Origin: an uncultured Bacilli bacterium
Lineage (GTDB): Bacteria > Bacillota_I > Bacilli_A > RF39 > UBA660
Assembly (NCBI GenBank): GCA_947632715.1
Contig: CANRQF010000003.1
Span: forward strand, 1 to 44,328
DNA length: 44,328 nt
Reading direction: 5' to 3'
Of the stretch, positions 20,447 through 29,962 are shown piece by piece (positions within the stretch are counted from its first letter, which is position 1; every line of letters starts with the position of its first letter). The position numbers were made by a program, and so were the translations under genes. The notes under the pieces were generated by a model. It searched no databases and was not told where the DNA came from. It saw only the letters and a program-made list of their open reading frames with translations.

Positions 20447-21183
20447 AACTCTCCTTTATCAATAAGATTATTTATATCATCTTTTATATCATTTTCTAAT
20501 AAATATAACATTTTATTTAAATAAAAATCGGTTGTATGATAATCTTTGGTATGATCAAATGAATACTTATCATTTATTTCATATTGAATTTCAATTATTT
20601 CTTTTTCAACTTTAGAATCATTCCAAGAAATTAATGGTATTGGTGTATTTCGACCATACTCATCTAATTTATTAATTATTTTTATTTGCTTTTTATTTAA
20701 GACATTAATAATTTTGTAAAATAAATCTTCATGTTTTTTCCCAAATTTTAATGATACATCAACTAAATCATCAGTACATAATTTCTTATTAATAATATTT
20801 TTAGTAATCTTCTCTAGTGGACTATTATCTTCCATTTCCACATTCATGTAAACAGCTGTATGTAAAACATGAACACCAGAATTAATAAGTGCATCATATA
20901 AGTTTAAGGCTTTTTCTTTAAAAGTATGAAAATCATTCCATTCTATTTTATCAACATTATATTGTAAATTAATTTGGGTAACAGAAATATTAGTCATTTG
21001 TTGAGTATTTATTGAAGTCAAAATAGGAATTAACAAATTATTTGATAACTCACTACGAATATTATAAGTTTCAAATTCGTCATTAAAAACATCTTTTAGA
21101 GGTGTAATTAAATCATTATGATTAGTAAAAATATCAAACCAAAATGTAATACTTAAATAATTAATTTTCATAAAATACCTCAA
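20443..21183 (-). CDS. hypothetical protein
   Basis: 246-aa ORF. Confidence 0.7.
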   Translation of the reverse strand: MRYFMKINYLSITFWFDIFTNHNDLITPLKDVFNDEFETYNIRSELSNNLLIPILTSINTQQMTNISVTQINLQYNVDKIEWNDFHTFKEKALNLYDALINSGVHVLHTAVYMNVEMEDNSPLEKITKNIINKKLCTDDLVDVSLKFGKKHEDLFYKIINVLNKKQIKIINKLDEYGRNTPIPLISWNDSKVEKEIIEIQYEINDKYSFDHTKDYHTTDFYLNKMLYLLENDIKDDINNLIDKGEF

Positions 21184-21185
21184 AA

Positions 21186-21719
21186 TTAATCTTTAACAAT
21201 GCTAAAAGATTTTAACATATAATCAATTCGAGCATTTATATTTTGCTCAAAATCATTTAAATTAGGTGTTTTTACCGTTATTTTATAAGTCTTATTATTA
21301 TCAGATATATAGTATTCTTCAGTATAATCATCTACTTCAACAATACAACTATCATAATAAGAATTAGAAGTATTCATACAATTTTCTGGTAAAACTGTTC
21401 TCTCAACAATTACTAGTATTCGAGGTGCATTCTTATACTTATAAATATCTTGCCCACGATATTTTAAAACTTTAAAATTGTCAATATCATAACGCATTGT
21501 ATAGTTTAAATCACTTACATACTTTTGAGTTGAAATTAACTCTTCTTTATTATTAATGGTAATGTATTCTAATTTTTTATCAGTTGACATATTAATTTTT
21601 ATATAGCTTTTATCTATAAAAAAATATTTCATTAAGTATATTAAAGTCGTGCATAACACTACTACGCCAGCAATAATCAATAAGTTTGTTATAAAATTAT
21701 TCTTTTTTTCTTTCATCAA
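21186..21719 (-). CDS. hypothetical protein, single N-terminal TM
   Basis: LLIIAGVVVLCTTLIYLM hydrophobic segment. Confidence 0.7.
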   Translation of the reverse strand: MMKEKKNNFITNLLIIAGVVVLCTTLIYLMKYFFIDKSYIKINMSTDKKLEYITINNKEELISTQKYVSDLNYTMRYDIDNFKVLKYRGQDIYKYKNAPRILVIVERTVLPENCMNTSNSYYDSCIVEVDDYTEEYYISDNNKTYKITVKTPNLNDFEQNINARIDYMLKSFSIVKD

Positions 21720-21914
21720 TAATCACTATCCTAATTTAATAATACTACGCATTTTTCAAATCATCAATTAAAAATAATTTCAATTGTCAATAAAATATAA
21801 ATATAATGTCCATTATTATTATAAAGCAAATTTATTAAAAAATAGCTATAAATTAAATTATTGGCATTTTTTGTTATCAAATGTGAAAATAAAATTAATT
21901 TTTTAAGCTAATTA

Positions 21915-21956
21915 AAAAACTCGAACTAATCAAATAAATTGAAAAGTTCGAGTTTT
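21915..21956 (-). terminator. terminator after tRNA-Ala
   Basis: AAAACTCGAACT...AGTTCGAGTTTT inverted repeat. Confidence 0.7.
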
Positions 21957-21966
21957 AATGTCAATT

Positions 21967-22043
21967 TGGTGGAGGATGTGGGATTCGAACCCGCGACCCC
22001 CTGCGTGCAGGGCAGGTGCTCTAGCCAGCTGAGCTAATCCCCC
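21967..22043 (-). tRNA. tRNA-Ala(UGC), atypical C33
   Basis: Cloverleaf, G3:U70, anticodon loop CCUGCAC, encoded CCA. Confidence 0.9.
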
Positions 22044-22093
22044 AAACGACATGATTATCTTATCATACTAAAATAAGATAATCAAGTGTTTTT

Positions 22094-22294
22094 TTATTTT
22101 TTTACAACTTTTATTAAACCATTTTCAAGTTCTTCTAAAGATCTCCCAATATCTTTTTTGCTAACATAATCAGATAAACGCATTTGATAATGAGATGTTT
22201 CTTGCATTTGTTTACTTCTTTTAGAAGCAACATGAACTAGCATATATTTTGAATCAACTATATTTAATAATTTATCAATTGACGGATATAACAT
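22094..22294 (-). CDS. rpoZ: RNA polymerase omega subunit
   Basis: MLYPSIDKLL..VDSKY.LV.VASKR. Confidence 0.92.
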   Translation of the reverse strand: MLYPSIDKLLNIVDSKYMLVHVASKRSKQMQETSHYQMRLSDYVSKKDIGRSLEELENGLIKVVKK

Positions 22295-22395
22295 ATTATA
22301 CAACTCCTTACATTAATATCTTACTAAAAAAGTAATAATTAATACAATGGTTATCAATTTTTTTTACATCAATTTTACTATTTTTTTAAATATAA

Positions 22396-22776
22396 TTATT
22401 TATCTATTTTAACATCAAATCCATCATTATTTTTTTTAATTGTAATAATTTTTGAATTCAAATCCTTCTCACTATTTAAAGGATTTTTCAATTTTCCATC
22501 ATTATTTGGTATTATTAACTTAGAATCAATTAAATCTTGAACCTTAATTATTAAAGTATCTTCATCTGAGAATTCACTTTCGTGATCTTCAGCATATTCA
22601 CTACTGGCAGTTTTTATCATTTCTATCGTTAAATCATATAAACCATTTGCATTTTGACTAGGTACAAAAGCATAAGAAGCTTTAATAATTGTTGTAAAGT
22701 ATCCAATCGTAAAAATTCCAAAGATAATCATTAATGCAATTTTATTTTTATCCGTCCAAAATTTCATTTTTATCAC
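22396..22776 (-). CDS. membrane-anchored protein, possibly pilin-like
   Basis: N-terminal TM, then ASSEY...VQDLID...KNP; no prepilin cleavage motif seen. Confidence 0.55.
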   Translation of the reverse strand: MIKMKFWTDKNKIALMIIFGIFTIGYFTTIIKASYAFVPSQNANGLYDLTIEMIKTASSEYAEDHESEFSDEDTLIIKVQDLIDSKLIIPNNDGKLKNPLNSEKDLNSKIITIKKNNDGFDVKIDK

Positions 22777-22864
22777 CTTCTAATATTCACTTATATTATA
22801 CCTTATTTAACTTAATTAGCCAAGGTTAAATTAATAAAAAAAGAAAAATCTCTAAAAAGAGATT

Positions 22865-23164
22865 TTAAAAACAACATTTGCGATCATATACATTGGATAC
22901 AACATTTTCTTCACAACTTGTATAACATGGTGTGTAAGTATGTCTATAAATATGATGATTAATTATTCTTGTATTGCATGGCATAATATGAGGTACTTCA
23001 TAACATATATAGCGATGGCAAACTCGTTCTTGTGGGCATTCTTGAATTGGTTGGCACATCATAGATTGTTGAGGAACTCCTCCCATATCACAACAACCAG
23101 TATTCATTGACATTCCATTCTCATATGACATATCATTATTATACTCAAATTTTTTTTGTTCCAT
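22865..23164 (-). CDS. cotD: Cys/His-rich spore coat protein, CotD-like
   Basis: VPHIMPCNTRIINHHIYRHTYTP resembles the CotD PHIHP..T..VNH repeat; CATATTAT mother-cell-type -10 upstream. Confidence 0.65.
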   Translation of the reverse strand: MEQKKFEYNNDMSYENGMSMNTGCCDMGGVPQQSMMCQPIQECPQERVCHRYICYEVPHIMPCNTRIINHHIYRHTYTPCYTSCEENVVSNVYDRKCCF

Positions 23165-23223
23165 ATTATTATTTTCCTTTCTAATTTATAATATGAATTA
23201 TTTGATTTTATGTATGGGTGCTG

Positions 23224-24648
23224 TCAATTCGCTATTTTAAAGTGTGGTGCCTGAACATTCTCATCAAGGGCTTTAAATATATAGCCTTTTTCTTTTGCAT
23301 AAGTAATTATTTCTGGAAGAGCTTCTAAAGTATTCTTTTTGATATCGTGCATTAATATTATATAATCTTTAGGGTTATTTAAGTATGTTTTTACATTTTT
23401 TAATATTGCTTCTTTAGAATTATTTTTTTTACTTGTATCACCACTGTCGAAAGTCCAATCAAAATAGATATAGCCTTTTTCTGTCATTATCTTAGAAAGA
23501 TTAGTCATGATTCCCTTGGAATAATTCTTACTAACGGTATTAGATGATCCGCCTGGAAAACGAAATAATTTAGGATGTTGCCCTGTTTGTTCATAAACTA
23601 TTTGTTCAATACTATTAAAATCATTTAAATAAGCTTCAACACTACTATAAATATTCCATTTATGACTATAAGTGTGAATTCCAACTGTATGTCCATTTTC
23701 ATATTCTTGTTTTATTAAATATTGAAATTTTGGAAATTGATTTGTTACAAAAAATGTAGCTTTTACATCATATGTTTTTAAAACATTTAATAATTCTTCC
23801 GTATATTGACCAGGTCCATCGTCAAAAGTAAGATATATTATATTTTTATCTTTTTGTTCAATTTTTTCTTTCACTTCTATTTCTCTAGTTATTGATGATG
23901 AATTATTACTACTATCTTTTACAGTATAAGTCAATTTATAAATTCCAGAAACGTTAGTATCTACTTGACCTTCAATTTTTATTTTGCTAGTTAAATTTCC
24001 ATCGCAAGAATCATAAGCACTAACACCTAATTCCTCGTAATTATCACCTAAATTTAAACTAATTTTATTTTGGCCTTTTAATTCTATTTTTGGCTTTTCA
24101 TTATCTATATAATATAATTCTTTAGTTAAAGCATTTTCATTACCAGAACTATCAACGCTAAATATTTCTATTTTGTCACCATCAATTTTATAATTAATTT
24201 TATCAGATATATCTCCATCATAATTATCAATTGCCTTTATTTTCATTTGAATTGCTTTGCTATTTTTACAAGCTTCTATTTTTCCGTCTATTATAATTTC
24301 TGGTTTGATTGTATCTTTAATAATTATGTTTCTAAAAGATTGGTATGTTTTTTTGTTGTATTTTGTAGTATAAATAATTTGATATTTACCTATTTTATTT
24401 GTATTAACTATTGAATCAATTTCTAGTTTTAAATCTCTTTTGCCAAATATAGTACTTATATATGCACTAGCACCGGCATCTTTATATTCAGATCCAACTT
24501 CTAAAAAAATATTCCTTTCACCTTTAATGTCTATGTGAACTTTTGGAATTAATAAAAATGTTATGAAAATCAATAGCATCAAAATCAAAAAAGTTCCTAT
24601 TATAATTAATTTTTTTTTACTTTTTTTTACTTTTTCCTTCTTTTTCAT
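23224..24648 (-). CDS. polysaccharide (peptidoglycan) deacetylase with DUF5011-type Ig repeats
   Basis: TFDDGP, HTYSH, FRFPGGS, LMHD; AIDNYDGDIS and AYDSCDGNLT repeats. Confidence 0.9.
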   Translation of the reverse strand: MKKKEKVKKSKKKLIIIGTFLILMLLIFITFLLIPKVHIDIKGERNIFLEVGSEYKDAGASAYISTIFGKRDLKLEIDSIVNTNKIGKYQIIYTTKYNKKTYQSFRNIIIKDTIKPEIIIDGKIEACKNSKAIQMKIKAIDNYDGDISDKINYKIDGDKIEIFSVDSSGNENALTKELYYIDNEKPKIELKGQNKISLNLGDNYEELGVSAYDSCDGNLTSKIKIEGQVDTNVSGIYKLTYTVKDSSNNSSSITREIEVKEKIEQKDKNIIYLTFDDGPGQYTEELLNVLKTYDVKATFFVTNQFPKFQYLIKQEYENGHTVGIHTYSHKWNIYSSVEAYLNDFNSIEQIVYEQTGQHPKLFRFPGGSSNTVSKNYSKGIMTNLSKIMTEKGYIYFDWTFDSGDTSKKNNSKEAILKNVKTYLNNPKDYIILMHDIKKNTLEALPEIITYAKEKGYIFKALDENVQAPHFKIAN

Positions 24649-24724
24649 ACTACATAATCACCAATCGCAACTATATTGTATCACAAAAAAAGCCGTTAGG
24701 CCTCTTTAATTTAAAATTTTTATA

Positions 24725-25327
24725 TTAATTGTCATTTTTTAAACATATTACTTTTGCTTGGTAGAAATATTGGTATCCACTAATAATAGATAATATTGTT
24801 GCCATAATTATTAACATCCTATCAAGCGGAATATTCAAAAATGAAAAAGGTATATTGTTAAATAATGTTAATGATAACCCAACCATCATACATATAGTTT
24901 TCAACTTACCTAAAATACTCGCTCCTACTGCCTTATCTTTTTTTCCACATATCATCTTACAAGAATCAACTACTATATCTCTTATTATGATTACAACAGG
25001 AATAATAATTGAAATCATTCGATCATATGCTAATATAATAAGTAACCCATTAACTAAAATTTTATCAGCAATGGCATCTGTTATTTTTCCAAAATCTGTC
25101 ACCATATTTTTACTTCGTGCAATATATCCATCTACAAAATCTGTAAGCGATGCTATTATAAATATTACACCAGCTAAAATGTACTTAGTATTTAATGTTT
25201 CTCCGTTAATTATATAATCATCAAATTTATACCCTAAATTATACCATGGTATCAATAATATTAATAACATTATAATAGTTAAAAAAATTCTGGCTATTGT
25301 AATCTTGTTAGGTAAATTCATTTTCAT
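24725..25327 (-). CDS. pgsA: CDP-diacylglycerol--glycerol-3-phosphate 3-phosphatidyltransferase
   Basis: MNLPNKITIAR, TDFVDGYIAR...FGK..DAIADK. Confidence 0.95.
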   Translation of the reverse strand: MKMNLPNKITIARIFLTIIMLLILLIPWYNLGYKFDDYIINGETLNTKYILAGVIFIIASLTDFVDGYIARSKNMVTDFGKITDAIADKILVNGLLIILAYDRMISIIIPVVIIIRDIVVDSCKMICGKKDKAVGASILGKLKTICMMVGLSLTLFNNIPFSFLNIPLDRMLIIMATILSIISGYQYFYQAKVICLKNDN

Positions 25328-25341
25328 AAAAACACTACTTT

Positions 25342-25806
25342 CTATAAACTAATGACTAATGCATTAGTATTATTAATCGCAAATTGATTAACTGACCAAA
25401 AGATAGCTAAAATAACTAATATTAATATAAGCAAATAGATACATATGTATATTTTTTTATTATTCTTTAATTTTGTACGTGTGTATGGTGATTGAATCAT
25501 ATTAGTTTCATTGACTTTTGCAGCTAACTCAATTGATTTTTCAATTTCTTTTACTGGTATTTTCGATGTGTATTCAAAAACATATTCATTAAAATTTTTT
25601 ATGATGTCATCGGCATCTAATCCTAAATATTTTGCATAATTGTATATATATTCCTTTAACAAAAATATATCTTTAAAAGAGCCAATTTTTCCGGCTTCTA
25701 TATTTTCTAAAATAATTTCACTAATATTTATATCTTTGCTAACTTCCGATAATTCTATACCCGATTCTTCGCGTGTTTCATGTAAGAGTTCCGCAATTCC
25801 ATCCAA
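25342..25806 (-). CDS. rodZ: RodZ/YmfM-like HTH membrane protein (short)
   Basis: HTH with YAKYLGLD plus C-terminal TM; upstream of pgsA. Confidence 0.7.
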   Translation of the reverse strand: MDGIAELLHETREESGIELSEVSKDINISEIILENIEAGKIGSFKDIFLLKEYIYNYAKYLGLDADDIIKNFNEYVFEYTSKIPVKEIEKSIELAAKVNETNMIQSPYTRTKLKNNKKIYICIYLLILILVILAIFWSVNQFAINNTNALVISL

Positions 25807-25839
25807 AATTATTCACTCCTTATTTATAAAATTAAAAAT

Positions 25840-26180
25840 AATATTAATAAGCCATGTTCTGTACTCATTAAGAGCGACAAATATTTATCTATGCTAATGC
25901 ATCTGTTACAATAATTCAATTTCTTACGTAACAACTCCCCTACCATAAATTTGGGTTTCTCACTCGCAGGGTTTACCTCGTTTCATTTACTTGTTACCAA
26001 GCAACTCGTTTCTGTGGCACTTTGTGTCTACTAATATCTCATTAAGATAAGTTCAACGCCGTTAGTATTATACTACCTTAAGTTATTTTTTCCTTAAGTA
26101 CGAACACTACAATCATCGCAGATTGTGTGAGCATGGACTTTCCTCTATATTACTTAACTAATATAGCATTTGTCTAAATA
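25840..26180 (-). ncRNA. rnpB: RNase P RNA, class B (ends approximate)
   Basis: GAGGAAAGTCCATGCTC, AAAGTGCCACAGAAACGA, ACAGAACATGGCTTAT; follows gpsB. Confidence 0.93.
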
Positions 26181-26516
26181 TTATTCTTCTTTTCCAAAAA
26201 CTGCTTTTTCTAATTGGCTAATTCTTTTAAGCAAATCTACATTAGTCAAAGCATGAGTATTATTTTCTGCAGCAGATTTACTAACTTCAAGTTGTTCATT
26301 TAAAGATCTAATTTCTTTTTTTAATTTATTATTGTCATCAGTTAAATCTTTAATTTCTTTTTCTAATTTTTTTATATTAGAATTAAATTCTGTATAATCA
26401 CGAATAACCATATCTAGAAATTTGTCAACTTCTTGTGGTCTGTATCCTCTTGCATCAATTTTAAAGTCTTTTTCTAAAATTTCTTGCGGAGTTAAAAAAA
26501 TACGATCATTATACAA
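26181..26516 (-). CDS. gpsB: GpsB/DivIVA-domain cell division regulator
   Basis: LTPQEILEKDFK..ARGY...EVDKFLD, DLLKRISQLEKAVFG; probable TTG start. Confidence 0.9.
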   Translation of the reverse strand: MYNDRIFLTPQEILEKDFKIDARGYRPQEVDKFLDMVIRDYTEFNSNIKKLEKEIKDLTDDNNKLKKEIRSLNEQLEVSKSAAENNTHALTNVDLLKRISQLEKAVFGKEE

Positions 26517-26539
26517 TTTAAACACCTTCTAACAATGAA

Positions 26540-26569
26540 ATTATAAACGATATTTACTTTCTTTGTCAA
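26540..26569 (-). promoter_or_regulatory. sigma-A promoter for gpsB-rnpB
   Basis: TTGACA-18-TATAAT. Confidence 0.7.
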
Positions 26570-26768
26570 GTTGTTTGACCTTTATTGTATCTAATACCAT
26601 ATGCGAATAATCTATTTTTTTAATTAGTTCATTTATCATAAAATCTATTTTCATATCATCACCATTATAATAATATCATACTATTTGTATTTTGATACTG
26701 TTTCGACAAAACTAGTCAAAATGATTTGAGAGAAAATAAAATTTTGTGTTTTAAAAGTCTTATTGTTT

Positions 26769-27099
26769 CTAATATAAACAATTGCCTGGAGTTCTAGGAA
26801 ATGCACTAACATCTCTAATGTTACTCATACCTGTCATATACATTAATAATCTTTCAAATCCCATTCCAAATCCAGAATGAATAGTTGTTCCATATTTTCT
26901 TAAATTCATATACCAAATATACTCATCTTTATTCATTCCTAATTCTTCAATTCCTTTTTCTAATTTATTAAAGTCATCTTCTCTTTGACTCATTCCATAA
27001 GTTTCGCCGATTCCAGATATGAAGTTGTTTAAAAGTAATATCGTCTGAAAAATAAATAAATCCGGAATCTTTTTGCTTTTGATAATTCAATATCCAACC
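26769..27099 (-). pseudogene. asnS: asnS remnant with a large internal deletion
   Basis: N-terminal fragment GWILNYQKQKDSGFIYFSD..TFKQLH joined out of frame to GIGETYGMSQRE...HSGFGMGFERL...IRDV..FPRTPG. Confidence 0.85.
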
Positions 27100-27106
27100 T
27101 TAAATT

Positions 27107-27305
27107 TTGCGGTAACACCCAATTTATTTATATTATAAATCACCTATAGATCACCTCAAAGATTTAACGCAACTTAGAACGAATGTATTTACTTTGTTCA
27201 ACACATCACTCAAAAAAGTTATTAAAATATAGCATAATGTCAAATCTCACTATAAATTGACTCTCTTTAAACCATTCTAAATTTAACTTCTTTTCTCATT
27301 GATTT
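27107..27305 (-). promoter_or_regulatory. Asn T-box remnant
   Basis: AGAGAG and AGTGAGA stem-I motifs, specifier AAC at 27220-27218, T-box-like TTGGGTGTTACCGC; terminator missing. Confidence 0.7.
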
Positions 27306-27517
27306 ATTTCTTTCAATATACCACTTTTATAATTAATTACATCTTTATATTTAATAAGTTTATATATTTTTTACTATTTCAACAATTCAGATTAAAATTC
27401 ATAAAATTTACTAATATAATTATTTCAGACTTTATTTATAAAAATGTGTGTTTACAAGTGTGCTTGAAAATAAAAATGAATTAAAAACCCCGTAAATACG
27501 GGGAATAACTATCTTAA

Positions 27518-27594
27518 TGGTCGAGAAGACAGGATTCGAACCTGCGACCTCACGGTCCCAAACCGCGCGCACTACCAAACTGTGCTACTTCTCG
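27518..27594 (-). tRNA. tRNA-Pro(UGG)
   Basis: Cloverleaf, loop TTTGGGA, CCA. Confidence 0.95.
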
Positions 27595-27598
27595 AAAA

Positions 27599-27675
27599 TG
27601 GTGCGTCCAGAGGGAGTCGAACCCCCAACCTTTAGATCCGTAGTCTAACACTCTATCCAATTGAGCTATGGGCGC
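27599..27675 (-). tRNA. tRNA-Arg(ACG)
   Basis: Loop CTACGGA, A20, CCA. Confidence 0.95.
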
Positions 27676-27842
27676 GATTTCTTCCTTCAATAGCACTAAC
27701 ATTATATTACATATAAATCAAAAAATCAACTAATTATAGGAAAAAATTAAATTTTCTTAATTGGAAAAGTAAAAGCAATTATTATAAAATGAGTTGCATT
27801 TACTTGTCCAATTCACCAAAATTAAATTTTGTAAAGTGAAAA

Positions 27843-28583
27843 TCAAATTTTTATCTTTGTAAATAATTTACTAATATCCTCTCTTTTTATTTTAAATGCA
27901 ACTCCATGTATATCCATCTGAGGATTTCCTAAAATACTTTTTCCTTCTTTAATATACATTAACACATGTATTTTATCATTCTTAATTAATTGTAAAAATT
28001 CAAAAAATCCTTTTAATTTGTATGCTTCCATTTTTAAATATTTATAATACAATTTTTTGCTATAAGTATAAGGATAACCATAAACAATAGCTAAATAAGA
28101 TAATTTCTTTTTTAATTTGTTTTCAAGTAATTTAAAATCCCAATAACAAACAACCTCCTTAAATGTACCGTTATAATACGATTCAACATTAACTCGTGTA
28201 TTTAAATAATCCACATTTAATTTAAATTCGTATCCATTAACATTTCTAGTATAATTAGAAAATATCGTTCTACTAAAAAATATTACATCATTTGGATTAT
28301 TATTCCTATGGTAACCGTAATTCTCAATAATGTATCTTGTTGCATAGGTACCATTTCTATAAGGTGATGCTGTAAAAAGTGTTAATGGTGTTTTAGTATA
28401 CCCTAATTTGCATTTTATTTCTACACTTCCAAAATCTGGTTTACATTCTTGATCTTCTTTTTTATTTAATAGCGTTTCAAAGGTATATCCTAATCCTCCA
28501 GTACCTTTTCGCATTGCTTCAATTAATCCAATATTTTTAATTCTATTAAATTCCTTTTTTAATTTTAAAAAATCTTGATTCAT
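27843..28583 (-). CDS. MvaI/BcnI-family PD-(D/E)XK endonuclease
   Basis: RKGTGGLGYTFETLL...PDFGSVEIK...LTLF...HGVAFKI. Confidence 0.8.
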   Translation of the reverse strand: MNQDFLKLKKEFNRIKNIGLIEAMRKGTGGLGYTFETLLNKKEDQECKPDFGSVEIKCKLGYTKTPLTLFTASPYRNGTYATRYIIENYGYHRNNNPNDVIFFSRTIFSNYTRNVNGYEFKLNVDYLNTRVNVESYYNGTFKEVVCYWDFKLLENKLKKKLSYLAIVYGYPYTYSKKLYYKYLKMEAYKLKGFFEFLQLIKNDKIHVLMYIKEGKSILGNPQMDIHGVAFKIKREDISKLFTKIKI

Positions 28584-28869
28584 AATATAAAACCCGCCTT
28601 CAAAATTGTTTTACCACAAAAATATTAAAAAAATTATCAATTTATGTCGATAACGTAAAAAATCGTAAATAAAATTAATATTTTTAATAAAAAAGGAGTT
28701 TTTAATATTATAATTACAATAGAGAGCAAGATTTTAGGGAAGTAATATTGAAAATAACTAAAATAAGAATAAAAAGTTTATATAAAAGCTCTTGTATTGT
28801 ATGTCATCTTCCATTTGGATGACTTTTTTTATATTAAAAAACCTCTTTATCAAGAGGTTATTTTTCAAA

Positions 28870-28945
28870 TGGTGTCTCGTTGGAGATTTGAACTCCAGAC
28901 CCTTCGATTAAAAGTCGAATGCTCTACCGACTGAGCTAACGAGAC
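28870..28945 (-). tRNA. tRNA-Lys(UUU)
   Basis: Loop CTTTTAA, CCA. Confidence 0.95.
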
Positions 28946-28959
28946 ACAAAAATAAAAAT

Positions 28960-29035
28960 TGGCTGCCCCGGCTGGGCTCGAACCAACGGAATGTCAGAGT
29001 CAAAGTCTGATGCCTTACCACTTGGCTACGGGGCA
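28960..29035 (-). tRNA. tRNA-Gln(UUG)
   Basis: Loop CTTTGAC, U1-A72, CCA. Confidence 0.95.
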
Positions 29036-29043
29036 ATTTTTAA

Positions 29044-29127
29044 TGGTGGAGGGACATGGATTTGAACCATGGAATCCGAAGAAACAGATTTACAGTCTGC
29101 CGCGTTTGACCACTTCGCTATCCCTCC
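29044..29127 (-). tRNA. tRNA-Tyr(GUA)
   Basis: Loop CTGTAAA, long variable arm. Confidence 0.95.
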
Positions 29128-29135
29128 ACATAAAA

Positions 29136-29211
29136 TGGTGCCGACAGAGGGAATCGAACCCCCAACCTATTGATTACAAGTCAATTGCGCTACCAATTAC
29201 GCTATGTCGGC
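29136..29211 (-). tRNA. tRNA-Thr(UGU)
   Basis: Loop CTTGTAA, CCA. Confidence 0.95.
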
Positions 29212-29217
29212 ATCCAA

Positions 29218-29294
29218 TGGTGGGCGATATAGGACTCGAACCTATGACCCCTTGCTTGTAAGGCAAATGCTCTAACCAACTGAGCTAATCGCCC
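29218..29294 (-). tRNA. tRNA-Val(UAC)
   Basis: Loop CTTACAA, CCA. Confidence 0.95.
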
Positions 29295-29413
29295 GACATA
29301 GAAATTTTCATCTTTGGTTTCCCTAAGACAATTAAGATTATACTATACAAATTTTATTTATGCAAGATTTTTTTGATTTATTTCTGTTTTTTTTATTTAA
29401 AATTGTAAACAAA

Positions 29414-29839
29414 TCAAAAAATTAACCCTTTTTGTATTGCATAGGGCAAAAAATGTTCTCCAATTGAAGAAGATAAATTATACTCCGTTTCACCCAATTT
29501 ATACCAATGATAATCCAATATTTCATCATTTGGAATTAGAGAAACGTGAATGTGTTTGGTTGCTAAAAACATGTTCATTTCTATTATAATATCGCTATCA
29601 CTTGCTGCAACTTCCTTAAAACACATAATCGGTAGCAAATCCTCTTCACAAAATTCAAACCCTTGTCCTATCTCTTCATTTACTTCTCTTAATGCAGCGA
29701 TAATTTCTGTTTCACCAGTTTCAATTCCGCCACCAACCAAAGTCCAAGAATTTGTTGTACTACTCCTTTGTGATTTAACAATTAATAATTTTCCGTCTTC
29801 AATAAAAGCTACTCCAACTACTCTTTTCAATTTTTCCAT
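29414..29839 (-). CDS. NUDIX hydrolase
   Basis: GGGIETGETEIIAALREVNEEIG Nudix box. Confidence 0.88.
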   Translation of the reverse strand: MEKLKRVVGVAFIEDGKLLIVKSQRSSTTNSWTLVGGGIETGETEIIAALREVNEEIGQGFEFCEEDLLPIMCFKEVAASDSDIIIEMNMFLATKHIHVSLIPNDEILDYHWYKLGETEYNLSSSIGEHFLPYAIQKGLIF

Positions 29840-29962
29840 AAAAAACATTCCTTTACCAATTAAATTATACTATAAAAATATTTGTAATTTTGTTTTTTTA
29901 TTGGCAACTATGTCAATTTATGTTAATATTTTTTTAGAAACTTTCCTAAAAAGGATTTTACT

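Noticed and set aside
27299-27484. 61-aa plus-strand ORF
   Set aside because: Low-complexity AT-rich intergenic sequence with no SD; overlaps the asnS promoter region
28959-29261. 100-aa plus-strand ORF
   Set aside because: Antisense shadow of the tRNA cluster
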